Shown here: piece by piece, positions 27,665-37,734 of the stretch
Position numbering within the stretch: the first letter of the stretch is position 1
Layout: every line of letters starts with the position of its first letter
Assembly: GCA_965213675.1 (NCBI GenBank)
Contig: OZ243916.1
Location: 2,976,001-3,040,000 of the forward strand
Direction of reading: 5' to 3'
Length of the DNA stretch: 64,000 nt
Origin: an uncultured Candidatus Binatia bacterium
GTDB taxonomy: Bacteria > Desulfobacterota > Binatia > UBA9968 > JAJDTQ01
The notes under the pieces: model-generated
What the model was told of the DNA's origin: nothing
Seen by the model: the letters and a program-made list of their open reading frames with translations, nothing else
Databases searched by the model: none
Program-made: the position numbers and the translations under genes

Positions 27665-28833
27665 AAGGGATGTACGGATTTGAGAAGGGCGAGTCGACCG
27701 TTTTCGGTGATCTCGTCACGCCACCAAACGTCTTCGATGCACTCGATCTCAGCAGGAGTGATAAGCGTGTCACCGACCATCTTCTCTAGTGCCAAAAGTC
27801 GTTCGAGAATTGTCCGGCGTACGGTTAAGCTAAATGGGCCGAATACTTGGGAACCGTCGGACCGGTTCCGAGGGTTACCGTCACGGCGCACGGGAAGTCG
27901 ATTGCTGTCATCCTCCCGCAAGGTGATGAGCCATTCGCGGAAGTCCGACAGGCGTTCCATCTTTGTGGCCTCCTCGTGCCCAGAATCGATCAGGCCCCGG
28001 ATGCTGCGGTCTTTGGCGACCACCGTACATGTCCAACAGCCGAATCGTGGGGAGGAACTGCCACATGATGGTGCGTCGTCTTGTGTCATTACTAGTGGAC
28101 ATTCTCCCCCTCCGGCTTGACGATAGAGAGTGATCAGCCGGCGATGGTTGCCGCCCCATGGTGGGCGGCGTTGCATCAATACCATCCAGACATCCTCATC
28201 GCTGAGGTCGGCAAGCGGGGAGAATATCCGACAGCCCTCCACAGAGTCGTGTTGATTGCTTTTCGTGGCAGACACTTTGCGACGGTCCATGCCTCGCTGC
28301 CGGTTCTGCGACTCGCTTCGCCGGGTCCCGATGAGGAGAATAGCTCCGCCGTGCTCTTTCACGAGGTCTCTTAACAGCCGGCTGGTCGGTCGTATTTTCA
28401 TCCGGTCCGTGCACCACCGAAAATTTCTGGTGGGCGGTATGTATCCACGTCCTATCACACTGACCCAAAATGTCTGATCGACGGCCGGTGTGGTAACGCG
28501 AATGTCAACAGGCATTTCCTGGTCCGCGGCGGCGTCTCCGATCACGTTGAGCGATCCTCGGAGATGCCGAATGACGAGCGGCGACTCGACTAGAGTATCA
28601 TTGCCGACGATGAAGATGGATCGCTGCCGTTGGTCTGTTGGTAGCCCGGCAACTGTTTCCCAAATCATCTGTAGGAGAAGGGTGGAGTCCTTCCCTCCAG
28701 AATAAGCAACAATCCAGGGATGGCTGTGCTTGCGACAGTACTCCCGTCGGAGGGTCTCTGCGATCTTCTTGAGTCGCGTCGGTAGACTCGTCAGGCTGTT
28801 ACTGGTCGAAGTTGAACTCGTTGGCGCTTTCAT
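27661..28833 (-). CDS. dndC: DndC-like PAPS-reductase-family sulfurtransferase (390 aa)
   Basis: PWIVAYSGGKDS PP-loop, NDTLVESP, IGRGYIPP, RWCTDRMKI, GECPL, SPRFGCWTCTVV. Confidence 0.88.
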   Translation of the reverse strand: MKAPTSSTSTSNSLTSLPTRLKKIAETLRREYCRKHSHPWIVAYSGGKDSTLLLQMIWETVAGLPTDQRQRSIFIVGNDTLVESPLVIRHLRGSLNVIGDAAADQEMPVDIRVTTPAVDQTFWVSVIGRGYIPPTRNFRWCTDRMKIRPTSRLLRDLVKEHGGAILLIGTRRSESQNRQRGMDRRKVSATKSNQHDSVEGCRIFSPLADLSDEDVWMVLMQRRPPWGGNHRRLITLYRQAGGGECPLVMTQDDAPSCGSSSPRFGCWTCTVVAKDRSIRGLIDSGHEEATKMERLSDFREWLITLREDDSNRLPVRRDGNPRNRSDGSQVFGPFSLTVRRTILERLLALEKMVGDTLITPAEIECIEDVWWRDEITENGRLALLKSVHPL

Positions 28834-29975
28834 GCCGTAATGCTCCGAAGGGTTGACACAGCGTCATTGACGCGTTGTCCAGCGAAGTCGACCTCTGCCT
28901 CTGTAGTATAGCGACCAACGCTGAATCGTACGGAGGAGAGTGCCAGCGTTTCGATGACACCGAGTCCCTCCAGCACGTGTGATGGCTCAATTGACGCCGC
29001 CGTGCATGCGGAACCTGCCGAGATCGCAATATCGCCAAGAGCAAGCATCAACGACTCGGCTTCCACGCCGGGAAAGGCAATGTTCAAGATGCCTGGGACT
29101 CGCGCGGTAAGGTTGCCGTTGATGACCGCCGCCTCAATCCCGTCCAACCAGCCAAGGAGGCGTCGGTCGATGGCTGCTACCCGCTCCGCATCGCTACTCT
29201 GACAGTCATTGATGAGCCGCGCCGCGGCTCCTAGACCAACGACCTGATGGGTCGCCAGCGTCCCAGCCCGCAGCCCGCCTTCCTGTCCGCCCCCGTGGGT
29301 CTGGGGCACGAGCAAGGGCCGGACGGAGCGGCGCACAAATAGAGCACCGACACCTTTCGGGCCATATATCTTGTGGCCACTCAATGACAGGAGGTCTACT
29401 CCCATGAGCGAGACATCGATCGGGAGTCGTGCGGCGCTCTGTACGGCGTCGACATGAAACAGTGTGCCGTTTTTCCTTACCACGCGCGCTATGCTCGGGA
29501 TATCAGTAACAGTCCCAACCTCATTGTTTACGTGCATAAGAGAGACTAGCGCGGTGTCCGGTCGAAGATCCGCGCGGACGACATCGGGCGTGATCATGCC
29601 ATCGGCGTCAGGTGTGAGGTAGGTCACCGCCACGCCCTGGCCAGAGAGCCAGTCTGCGGTATCGAGTACTGCCTTATGCTCTAGTGAGGAGACGAGGAGA
29701 TGTCGACCGCGTACGCTAGGCGATAGCATTACTCCCTTGATGGCCAAATTGATCGCCTCTGTCGCACCGGAGGTCCAGAAGATTTCATCGGCATCTGCGC
29801 CGATCAACCGCGAGACATGCCCGCGGGCATCCTCAATAGCCTCTGAAGCTGCATGCCCAAAGCGGTGGGTGACGGAATGCGGGTTCCCGAAGACGCCGTC
29901 GGCTGTCAGAAACTTGACCATCGTGTTCGCGACTTCCGGTGCAACAGGGGTCGTCGCGGCGTAGTCTAGGTACAC
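28830..29975 (-). CDS. dndA: cysteine desulfurase (DndA/IscS-like)
   Basis: YLDYAATTP, SGATE, DAVQ, SGHKIYGPKG, SAGSAC; ATGA overlap with dndC; start GTG 29975 uncertain. Confidence 0.85.
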   Translation of the reverse strand: MYLDYAATTPVAPEVANTMVKFLTADGVFGNPHSVTHRFGHAASEAIEDARGHVSRLIGADADEIFWTSGATEAINLAIKGVMLSPSVRGRHLLVSSLEHKAVLDTADWLSGQGVAVTYLTPDADGMITPDVVRADLRPDTALVSLMHVNNEVGTVTDIPSIARVVRKNGTLFHVDAVQSAARLPIDVSLMGVDLLSLSGHKIYGPKGVGALFVRRSVRPLLVPQTHGGGQEGGLRAGTLATHQVVGLGAAARLINDCQSSDAERVAAIDRRLLGWLDGIEAAVINGNLTARVPGILNIAFPGVEAESLMLALGDIAISAGSACTAASIEPSHVLEGLGVIETLALSSVRFSVGRYTTEAEVDFAGQRVNDAVSTLRSITA

Positions 29976-30246
29976 GCCCTCTTCTGGATACGATACCCAC
30001 TCGTCGCCTACGGAAGACAGTTTTCGATGTGTTTTCAATAAGTTACTCGGTCTATGAGGTGCCCCCGTGGCCCTTCCCAACCCTAATAGACTCGGCGGCT
30101 CTACCGTTCTAGTCCGTTTGGAATGAATCCACACATATGGATGTAAATGCAAAACTGATGCCAGTGTCTGTTGGGTCGAGTCTCGCAGATTTCCTTCGGT
30201 GGTTCAACGTATTGTTCTCGACGACCGCTTTACCTGCACTCCCCAC

Positions 30247-31032
30247 TCAGGACATCAACCGCCCGCCGGAAACGTTCAACGCCTCGCCGGTCGTGTGTGA
30301 GGAATCGCTCGACGCCAGGAAGAGGGCGGCATTCGCCACCTCTTCGTGCAGTGCGTGCTTCCGTAGCGGGGTGTGGGCCAGGACGCCCTCCCACAACTCC
30401 TCGAAGGAGACGCCGAGGCCCTTGGCGCGGTCGTGGTACATTTCCCGCAGGTCGGCTTCGTCCATGCCGCCGGGGCAGATGACGTTGGCGCGCACGCCCG
30501 AGGGCCCGGCCTCCTTGGCGATGGTCTGGGTGAGGCCCAGAAGGCCCCACTTGGCAGCGCACAGGGAGCCGCGCAGGGCCATGCCCTCGCGTCCGGCAGT
30601 GCCGGAGATGCTGACGATGCTGCCGCGCTTCTGCTCGATCATCACCGGCAGCGCCGCCTTGCAGCAGAGGAAGATCGCCTTGAGGTTGACGTTGAGGACC
30701 TGATCCCACTCGTCCTCGGTGATCTCGTGCACCTCGACCATGGGCCCGCGGAAGCCGACGCTGTTGACAAGGATGTCCAGCCGGCCCAAGCGGCTCACCA
30801 CGTCGGCCACCATCCCGTCCATCTGCGCCGCGTCCGTGGCATCGGCCGTCATGGCTACGGCCTCGCCGCCCTTCTGTCCGATGGCTTGGACGACCCCGTC
30901 GAGCTCCGGCTCCATCTTCTCGAGATCCACCAGAACGATCTTTGCGCCCTCACCCGCGAAGGTGTGGGCGATGGCCTCGCCGATGCCGCGGGCGCCGCCG
31001 ACGATGACTGCAACCTGGTCTGCCAGTTTCAT
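30247..31032 (-). CDS. SDR family oxidoreductase
   Basis: GGARGIG, NSVG, NVICPG; the YxxxK position reads LCAAK (atypical). Confidence 0.9.
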   Translation of the reverse strand: MKLADQVAVIVGGARGIGEAIAHTFAGEGAKIVLVDLEKMEPELDGVVQAIGQKGGEAVAMTADATDAAQMDGMVADVVSRLGRLDILVNSVGFRGPMVEVHEITEDEWDQVLNVNLKAIFLCCKAALPVMIEQKRGSIVSISGTAGREGMALRGSLCAAKWGLLGLTQTIAKEAGPSGVRANVICPGGMDEADLREMYHDRAKGLGVSFEELWEGVLAHTPLRKHALHEEVANAALFLASSDSSHTTGEALNVSGGRLMS

Positions 31033-31163
31033 GCGTTCCTCCCAGCCTTGGTCGCCGTGATTGTTGAGGGATGTTTCATATCAATGATGGTAGTGACGGG
31101 TTCGGCGCCCTCCACTTGAACCACGGGTTCAGGCGCGAAAGTACCACCGCCGTCACGAATGCA

Positions 31164-32147
31164 TCAAGCCGCCCCCAGCGCCGTCACCACGGCGATGACT
31201 CCGGCCACGGTGACGCCGGAGAAGATCGTGGTCCAGAACACCACGTCGCCGGTGAGCTCGGCGTCGCCGTCGAGCTCGATGGTGAGGATGAGGGTGTTGA
31301 CGGCGGTGGGGGCGGCGGCGCCGATGATGAGGTGGGCGCCGGGCCAGGGCCAGAGGCCCAAGGCGTAGGCCGCGGCGCCGATGAGCGCGGGCAAGGCCAG
31401 AAGCTTGACGAACGCGACGGGCACGACCTCCCGCCACCGGCGCCAGCGGGCGCCCTTGGCAAGCTGGGCGCCCAGGGCCACGAGCATCATGGGCACCAGC
31501 GCCCCGGACAGCGAGCGCAGCGGGAAGGACGCCCACACCGGCAGGAAGTCCACGCCGTTGAAAGATCGCAGACGGATCTCCCGCAGCACGAACGAGCTCA
31601 CCAGCGCATAGGGTATGGGAAGCTTGAGGATTCCCAGCGCCTCCCGCGCGTGGCCGCCCTTGGCCACCGCCAGCACCGCGTAGCCCAGGATCCAGACCAG
31701 CAGGTTGCTGAGCATGACGACCAGCGCCTGCACGTGCAGCCCGGCCTCGGTGTTGGGCTGGCCCGCGAACAGCGTGCCGCCCTCGACGTAGAGCAGGTGG
31801 GCCACCGGGATGCCGAAGTTGCCGGCGTTGAAAACGATGCTGCCGAGGATGACGGCGGCAATGGTCTTGTTGGGCGCGCCGATGGCGCGGCTACTGGTGA
31901 ACAGCAGTACCCCCAGGACTCCCAGGACGATCAGGAACACCAGGGCGATGAGCCCGATCTGGCCCCAGGGGATGTCGCTGTCGTAGATCTTCACCAGCAG
32001 GAACGACGGCACCAGCAGGTACATGCTGATGCGGGCGAGGGTCTCCAGGCTCAACGACTGGTAGCGCTGCAGCAGCGTGCCGAAGCCCACCATGAGCAGC
32101 AGCGGCAGCAGGATGTTGTAGAGGATCTGGCCGGTGTGGTGCAGCAT
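31164..32147 (-). CDS. AEC (auxin efflux carrier) family transporter
   Basis: FNAGNFGIP, LGAQL, AAPTA, multiple TMs. Confidence 0.85.
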   Translation of the reverse strand: MLHHTGQILYNILLPLLLMVGFGTLLQRYQSLSLETLARISMYLLVPSFLLVKIYDSDIPWGQIGLIALVFLIVLGVLGVLLFTSSRAIGAPNKTIAAVILGSIVFNAGNFGIPVAHLLYVEGGTLFAGQPNTEAGLHVQALVVMLSNLLVWILGYAVLAVAKGGHAREALGILKLPIPYALVSSFVLREIRLRSFNGVDFLPVWASFPLRSLSGALVPMMLVALGAQLAKGARWRRWREVVPVAFVKLLALPALIGAAAYALGLWPWPGAHLIIGAAAPTAVNTLILTIELDGDAELTGDVVFWTTIFSGVTVAGVIAVVTALGAA

Positions 32148-32247
32148 GATGGGTCGTACTATCCACCAGCGTCCCGGACCGCGACATGGTGTCGCATTTC
32201 GAGAATACGTTGACTCATGCGCGGAGGACTTGTTTTCGGCAAGGCTT

Positions 32248-32304
32248 CCTTCGACTTCGCTTTGCGAAGCCCAGGACAGGCTTGTCGAAGGGTTCAGGAC
32301 GAGC
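32248..32304. repeat. CTTCGAC...CAGGACGA(A/G)C-type palindromic repeat; related copies near 44805 and 46158
   Basis: CCTTCGAC...GTCGAAGG inverted repeat with TCAGGACGAGC tail; 46158-46192 reads CTTCGA...GCTCAGGACGAACGG. Confidence 0.55.
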
Positions 32305-32501
32305 AGTGGCGGGCAACACGCGAGGAAGACGCCGACGCTTCGGGGATTCCCGCGTGAACGGGTCCCCGAAGCCGGTTGGTGAAAGGGTCCAGGACTCGGG
32401 ACGGGTCTGTGTCCGGGGCCTGTATCGACGGGCAGCGCGGTGCGGACTCAGGCGGGTTCGACACCCGCCCCTGCATCCGCGGCGTCCCTCGGCGTGGACT
32501 C

Positions 32502-32990
32502 CTACCCCGCGGACTCGGCAAAGAACTTGCCGGGCATCTCGATGGGCGTCAGGGTCTTGTTCTCGACGGAATCGGAGGGCAGCGGCTTGCCGTCCGGGCG
32601 GAGGCGCGCGTCGTCACCGCGCTGGGGCTTGGCGTCGATGCCGCAGCCGATGCGCAGGACCACGAGGTTGTCGTCGCCGGTATTGAGATAGCGGTAGTAC
32701 GCGCCCTTGGGGATCATCACGCCCTGGTACTTGTCGATGGTCAGTTCGTTGCCCTTCTCGTCGAACACCGACATCTGGCCTTCCAGCACCACGAACGAAT
32801 GGTCCTCGTCCAGGTGGCAGTGGACCGCGTTCTCGCCCCCCTCGGAATTGATCTTGGTGTGGATCCACATGTTGTCGGTCTTGGCCACGAGCTGCGTGAC
32901 CCGGCCCTGTTGCATGTAGGGGGTCTTGAGCGAATACCTGTAAGCCCTGGGCCTTTCCTCGACTTCCTGCTTCTCGGCGACTGCTTCCAT
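32502..32990 (-). CDS. cupin domain protein
   Basis: ENAVHCH...HSFVVLEG, IPKGAYY. Confidence 0.8.
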   Translation of the reverse strand: MEAVAEKQEVEERPRAYRYSLKTPYMQQGRVTQLVAKTDNMWIHTKINSEGGENAVHCHLDEDHSFVVLEGQMSVFDEKGNELTIDKYQGVMIPKGAYYRYLNTGDDNLVVLRIGCGIDAKPQRGDDARLRPDGKPLPSDSVENKTLTPIEMPGKFFAESAG

Positions 32991-33069
32991 GGTGAACTCC
33001 TTTCCGAACGTTTCGTGTTCTTTCCGTCAATGAGGATGGCCCGCACGCGCGGGTCCTGCGCCTGTTCCC

Positions 33070-34131
33070 TCAGGCGTTGACGCCCTCCAGCTTGAGGTCG
33101 TAGAGCTTCAGCACGTTCTCGCGCACCACCTTGCGGAAGATGTCCGCAGGCAGGTGCCCCAGCTCGTCGGTGATGACTTGGCGCGAATGCGGCCAGGTGG
33201 ACGCCGCGTGCGGGTAGTCGTTGGACCACATGCAGGTCTCGCTGCCCCACCAGTCCAGCAGCCGGCCGCCGGTGGGGTCGCTGAAGAAGGTGGCGTAGAA
33301 CTGCTCGTTGCAGTACTCGCTGGGAAGCTTCTTCATGTGCGGCAGCGGCGCCTTGGTGGCGTGGCGCTTGAAGTACTTGTCCCACTCGTGGAGGTAGAAC
33401 GGGATCCATGAGATCTCGTTCTCCACGTACACGAACTTGAGGTCCGGATAGTTGGACATGGGGCCGCCGAAGACCAGCTCGAACAGGGTGTTGGCGGCGT
33501 CCGCCAGCTTCTGGTTGACGGTCATGCGGTAGACGTCCAGGCCTTCCCTGTCGTACCGGCTGTAGTTGAACCCCGTCAGGATGTGCAGGTTGACGGGCAT
33601 CTTGAGGTCCTGCGCGGCCTCCCAGAACGGGTTGTAGTGGTCACTGGTGAAGGGAAGGTGATCCGGCGGCACCTGCCAGATGAGGCAGCCCACGAGCCCG
33701 GCCTTCTTGCAGCGCTCCAGTTCCTTGATGGCATTGTCGATGTTGTAGAGCGAGATCGACGGCACGCCCACGAGCTTGTGGGGGTGCACCTTGCAGTAGT
33801 CGATGAGCCAGTCGTTTGCGAGCTCGAAGCAGGCTTCCTGAAGCTCCGCGTCCTCCAGGGCGAACAGGCGGAGGCCCAGGGTCGGGTACAGCACCTCGGC
33901 GGATACTCCGTCCACTGCCATCTCCTCGACCCGCGCCTTGGGATCGTGGCCGCCCGGCTTCTCGCCGATGGCGTTGCGCGGCGGGAACTCGGGATAGCGC
34001 CCCTTGAAGCTCTCCGGCAGATTGTTCACCCACAGGTCCGTGGGCTCCATGATGTGGGAGTCCGCGGAAACGATGATTTCGCTGGCCAGGTCCAGGTCTG
34101 TGTTTGTGTCGGTCGGCATGCTTACGCTCAA
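33070..34131 (-). CDS. amidohydrolase family protein
   Basis: SADSHIMEP, YPT, VNLH, WSNDYPH; start may be 34119. Confidence 0.9.
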   Translation of the reverse strand: MSVSMPTDTNTDLDLASEIIVSADSHIMEPTDLWVNNLPESFKGRYPEFPPRNAIGEKPGGHDPKARVEEMAVDGVSAEVLYPTLGLRLFALEDAELQEACFELANDWLIDYCKVHPHKLVGVPSISLYNIDNAIKELERCKKAGLVGCLIWQVPPDHLPFTSDHYNPFWEAAQDLKMPVNLHILTGFNYSRYDREGLDVYRMTVNQKLADAANTLFELVFGGPMSNYPDLKFVYVENEISWIPFYLHEWDKYFKRHATKAPLPHMKKLPSEYCNEQFYATFFSDPTGGRLLDWWGSETCMWSNDYPHAASTWPHSRQVITDELGHLPADIFRKVVRENVLKLYDLKLEGVNA

Positions 34132-34471
34132 GGTTCGATCCTCCTCGTTCTATTGTTTTTCAGGTTCTTCTTATGCCTTTTCGGGCCGTCTTGTCCACCA
34201 CAGGACACGACCCTCGACCAGCGCGCCCTGCCGCGCCCGCCGCCGCGATTCCGAGCCTGCCACGGAGTCTCCGGCCCATCACCTGTCTCAGGTTCACCAC
34301 CGCGTGATCCCGGCTCCACCACCCCTCCCGGACCTGACCGGGGATCCCGAGGCGCGAACGGTGTCCCGCGTCCTATCTTGCGCCAATGCATTCCAGGCGC
34401 GCGTTGTGTTATGAAACCCTCGGTGCGGTGGCGCGAGGCTCCACCGCGGAATCCATCCCCGGAGGCAACCC

Positions 34472-35425
34472 ATGACGACCCTGATCACCGGCGCCGGACT
34501 GGTGGGCTCTCAGATCGCGCGCATCCTCGTGCAGCAGGGCGAGAAGCCGGTGCTGTTCGATATCGCACCCAACCTGACGGCGCTGGCCGACGTGGTGGAC
34601 GTGGGCAGCGTGTCGTTGTTTCGCGGCGACCTGCTGAATCCCTTCGACCTCGGCAAGGTCATCAACGAGCACAGCGTCACCCGCATCGTGCACACCGCCG
34701 CATATCCCAACCTCGGCACCGGCGCCCAGGAGAACCCCTACGGCGCCATTCAGGTGAATATCATGGGCACGGCCAACGTGCTGGAGGCGGCGCGGCTCCA
34801 CGGCGCCGAGCGGGTGGTGATGATCAGCACCGCCGCGGTGGCCCGGGGCGTAGCCGGCGGCGAGGACAACGGCGACCGCAGCAAGGAGGAAGCGCTGCCG
34901 CGGCCCAACTCCTTCTACTCCGCCACCAAGTGGGCGGGCGAGAACCTGGGCTACAACTACGCCCGCTCCCACGGCGTGGACTTCCGCGCCGTGCGTTTCC
35001 CGAACGTGTGCGGCCCCTGGATACCCGGCGGCGGCGGCCGCCCCAGCGCCATGTTCCGCACCTTGGTGGAGAAGTCCGTGGACGGCGTCGAACACACCAT
35101 ACCGCCCGGCACCATGGAGTGGCTCTACTCCAAGGACGCCGCCCGGGGCGTGGTCCTGGCCCTTGAGACTGAAGGCGTCAAGAGCCGCGTCTTCAACCTG
35201 AGCGTCGGTAAGCCCTACGACAACCAGGAGCTTATCGACATCTTCAAGCAGGTGGTCCCCGGCGCCCGGCTCGGCATCGACCAGAGCGCCGCCACTTCGC
35301 AGACCTCCTCGGTCTTCCTGGACATCACCCGCGCCCGGACCGAGTTGGGCTTCGACGCCGAGTACGACATCCCCGCGGCTGTGACGGACTTCGTGGGATG
35401 GTATCGGCGGCTCAAGGCGCGATGA
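34472..35425 (+). CDS. NAD-dependent epimerase/dehydratase
   Basis: ITGAGLVG, VNIMGT.NVLEAA, YSATK. Confidence 0.9.
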   Translation: MTTLITGAGLVGSQIARILVQQGEKPVLFDIAPNLTALADVVDVGSVSLFRGDLLNPFDLGKVINEHSVTRIVHTAAYPNLGTGAQENPYGAIQVNIMGTANVLEAARLHGAERVVMISTAAVARGVAGGEDNGDRSKEEALPRPNSFYSATKWAGENLGYNYARSHGVDFRAVRFPNVCGPWIPGGGGRPSAMFRTLVEKSVDGVEHTIPPGTMEWLYSKDAARGVVLALETEGVKSRVFNLSVGKPYDNQELIDIFKQVVPGARLGIDQSAATSQTSSVFLDITRARTELGFDAEYDIPAAVTDFVGWYRRLKAR

Positions 35426-35497
35426 TCCACACGGGCTGGTTTCATGCGCCTTCGCCGAAGGATCGGGTGATCACTGGGTGACAAAGAGGACAATGCC

Positions 35498-36373
35498 ATG
35501 ACCGATACCCCTGAGTACGTCCCTCCCAAAGTCTGGACCTGGGAACGCGAGAACGGCGGCCGGTTCGCCAACATCAACCGGCCTGTTTCCGGCGCGACCC
35601 ATGAGAAGGAGCTGCCACGCGGCAAGCACCCGTTGCAGATCTACTCGCTGGGCACCCCCAACGGGGTGAAGGTGACCATCATGCTGGAGGAGCTGCTGGC
35701 GGCCGGGCACGGCGGCGCGGAGTACGATGCCTGGCTCATCAACATCCGCGAGGGCGACCAGTTCGGCTCCGGGTTCGTGGCCATCAATCCCAACTCCAAG
35801 ATCCCGGCGCTGGTGGACTACTCCATGCCCGCGCCCACACGGGTGTTCGAGTCGGGTTCGATCCTTCTCTACCTGGCCGACAAGTTCGGCGCCTTCGTCC
35901 CGGGGGACCCGTCGGAGCGTGCCGAGTGCCTGTCATGGCTGTTCTGGCAGATGGGCTCCGCCCCCTATCTCGGCGGCGGCTTCGGCCACTTCTACGCCTA
36001 CGCCCCCTCCAAGATGGAGTATCCCATCGATCGTTTCACCATGGAGGTGAAGCGCCAGCTCGACGTCCTGGACAAGCGCCTGGCCGACAACCGCTACGCC
36101 GCGGGCGACGTCTACACCATCGCCGACATGGCCATCTGGCCCTGGTACGGCATCCTCACCACCGGCAGCCTCTACGGCGCCGCCGAGTTTCTGGACATCC
36201 AGACCTACACCCACGTCCTGCGCTGGTTCGACGAAGTCGCGGCGCGCGAGGCGGTGAAGCGCGGACGGATCGTCAACAAGTCCTCCGGCCCGCTCGATCA
36301 GCAGCTCCGCGAGCGCCACGACGCGTCGGACTTTGAGTTGAGGACGCAGGACAAGCTCGAGGCGGCGGAGTAG
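35498..36373 (+). CDS. yghU: glutathione-dependent disulfide-bond oxidoreductase (GST, YghU)
   Basis: YVPPKVWTW, INRP.SGA, SLGTPNGVKV, NPNSKIPAL, GGGFGHFYAYAP. Confidence 0.93.
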   Translation: MTDTPEYVPPKVWTWERENGGRFANINRPVSGATHEKELPRGKHPLQIYSLGTPNGVKVTIMLEELLAAGHGGAEYDAWLINIREGDQFGSGFVAINPNSKIPALVDYSMPAPTRVFESGSILLYLADKFGAFVPGDPSERAECLSWLFWQMGSAPYLGGGFGHFYAYAPSKMEYPIDRFTMEVKRQLDVLDKRLADNRYAAGDVYTIADMAIWPWYGILTTGSLYGAAEFLDIQTYTHVLRWFDEVAAREAVKRGRIVNKSSGPLDQQLRERHDASDFELRTQDKLEAAE

Positions 36374-36419
36374 CCCACCCTCTGGACACCGAGGCAAAGC
36401 GAGAACTGGCGGGCGTCGT

Positions 36420-37725
36420 ATGCCCCGGTGACGACACGCACCGGGAATCGGCCGTCACTTGGCGCCGGCTATTCGCCGTATTCTGGCGCATCGGGATCCT
36501 TTCCTTTGGCGGCCCGGCGGCGCAGATCGCGCTCATGCACCGGGTCCTGGTGGAAGAGGAAGGGTGGCTCGACGAGCCCAGGTTCCTGGGCGCGCTCAGC
36601 TTCTGCATGCTGCTGCCCGGCCCCGAGGCCATGCAACTCGCCACCTACTCGGGGTGGCAGCTTCGGGGCGTGCCCGGCGGGTTGGTGGCAGGCCTCCTGT
36701 TCGTGGTTCCGGGCGCCCTGGTGGTGCTCGGGTTGGCGATGCTCTACGCGGTCGGGGGCGATCTGCCGCTGGTGGCCGCGCTGTTCCTGGGGATCAAGGG
36801 CGCGGTCCTGGTCATCGTGATCGAGGCCTTGCTGAGGGTGGCGAACCGAGCACTGCATTCGGCCGTGCACTGGATCGTCGCGGGCTTGGCCTTCGTCGGA
36901 ATCTTCTTTCTGTCGGTCCCGTTCCCCGTCATTATCTTGATAGCCGCCCTGGTCGGATTTCTCCTGCTGGGCGGCCAGGGCACCACAGAGACCGCGGCCG
37001 GACGGGGTGGCGGATCGGTGTCCGGCACGGCGCGGACGGTGGCTTTTTGGATGGCTGTCTGGTGGACGCCGGTGCTGCTACTGATGGCCTTGGGCGGCTA
37101 CGATATCCTGGTCCAGATCGGCAACTTCTTCTCCCGTCTCGCGGTGGTCACCTTCGGCGGCGCCTACGCCGTGCTGGCCTACCTGGCGCAGGACGTGGTG
37201 ACCCATAAGGGCTGGTTGACGGCCGGTGAGATGATGGACGGTCTGGGGTTGGCGGAAACCACCCCGGGGCCGCTGATCCTGGTGACGGAGTTCGTCGGTT
37301 ACATCGCGGCATACCGGGCCGGCGGGTTGAGCATGGGAATCGCCGGAGCCCTGGTCACGCTATGGGTGACGTTCGCGCCCTGTTTTCTGTGGATATTCGC
37401 CGGCGCGCCCTACATCGAGCAGCTCACGGCCCAGCCCCGGCTCAAGGGCGCCCTGGAGGCCATCACCGCGGCGGTGGTGGGCGTCATGCTCAACCTTTCC
37501 ATTTGGTTCAGCCTGCATGTCCTGTTCGCTGAGCTGTCGTCGCACCAGAGCGGCCCGGTCAAGCTCCTGGTGCCGGACTGGTATTCCCTGGACTGGCGGG
37601 TTGTGGCGGTGGGCGCCGTGAGCGCGATCATGCTCCTCTGGCGGCACCAGTCCCTCATGAGAACCCTGGCCGTCGCGGCGCTGATGGGTATGGGGTTCGG
37701 CGCGATGGGTTACCTTGAGGGATGA
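36420..37725 (+). CDS. chrA: chromate efflux transporter (long-chain ChrA); 5' end anomalous
   Basis: SFGGPAAQIA (upstream of the first in-frame ATG, 36535), LPGPEA, TFGGAY, ETTPGP. Confidence 0.85.
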
Positions 37726-37734
37726 CGGGATGCG

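Larger units (their letters stand above)
21075..30240. mobile_element. horizontally acquired defence-type island (no integrase visible)
   Basis: Visibly more AT-rich codon usage than the flanks (judged by eye); DNA-modification/nuclease genes between aldo-keto reductase and SDR; boundaries approximate. Confidence 0.6.

Noticed and set aside
29976-30152. 59-aa N-terminal extension of the cysteine desulfurase
   Set aside because: No family resemblance before YLDYAATTP; probably promoter/UTR
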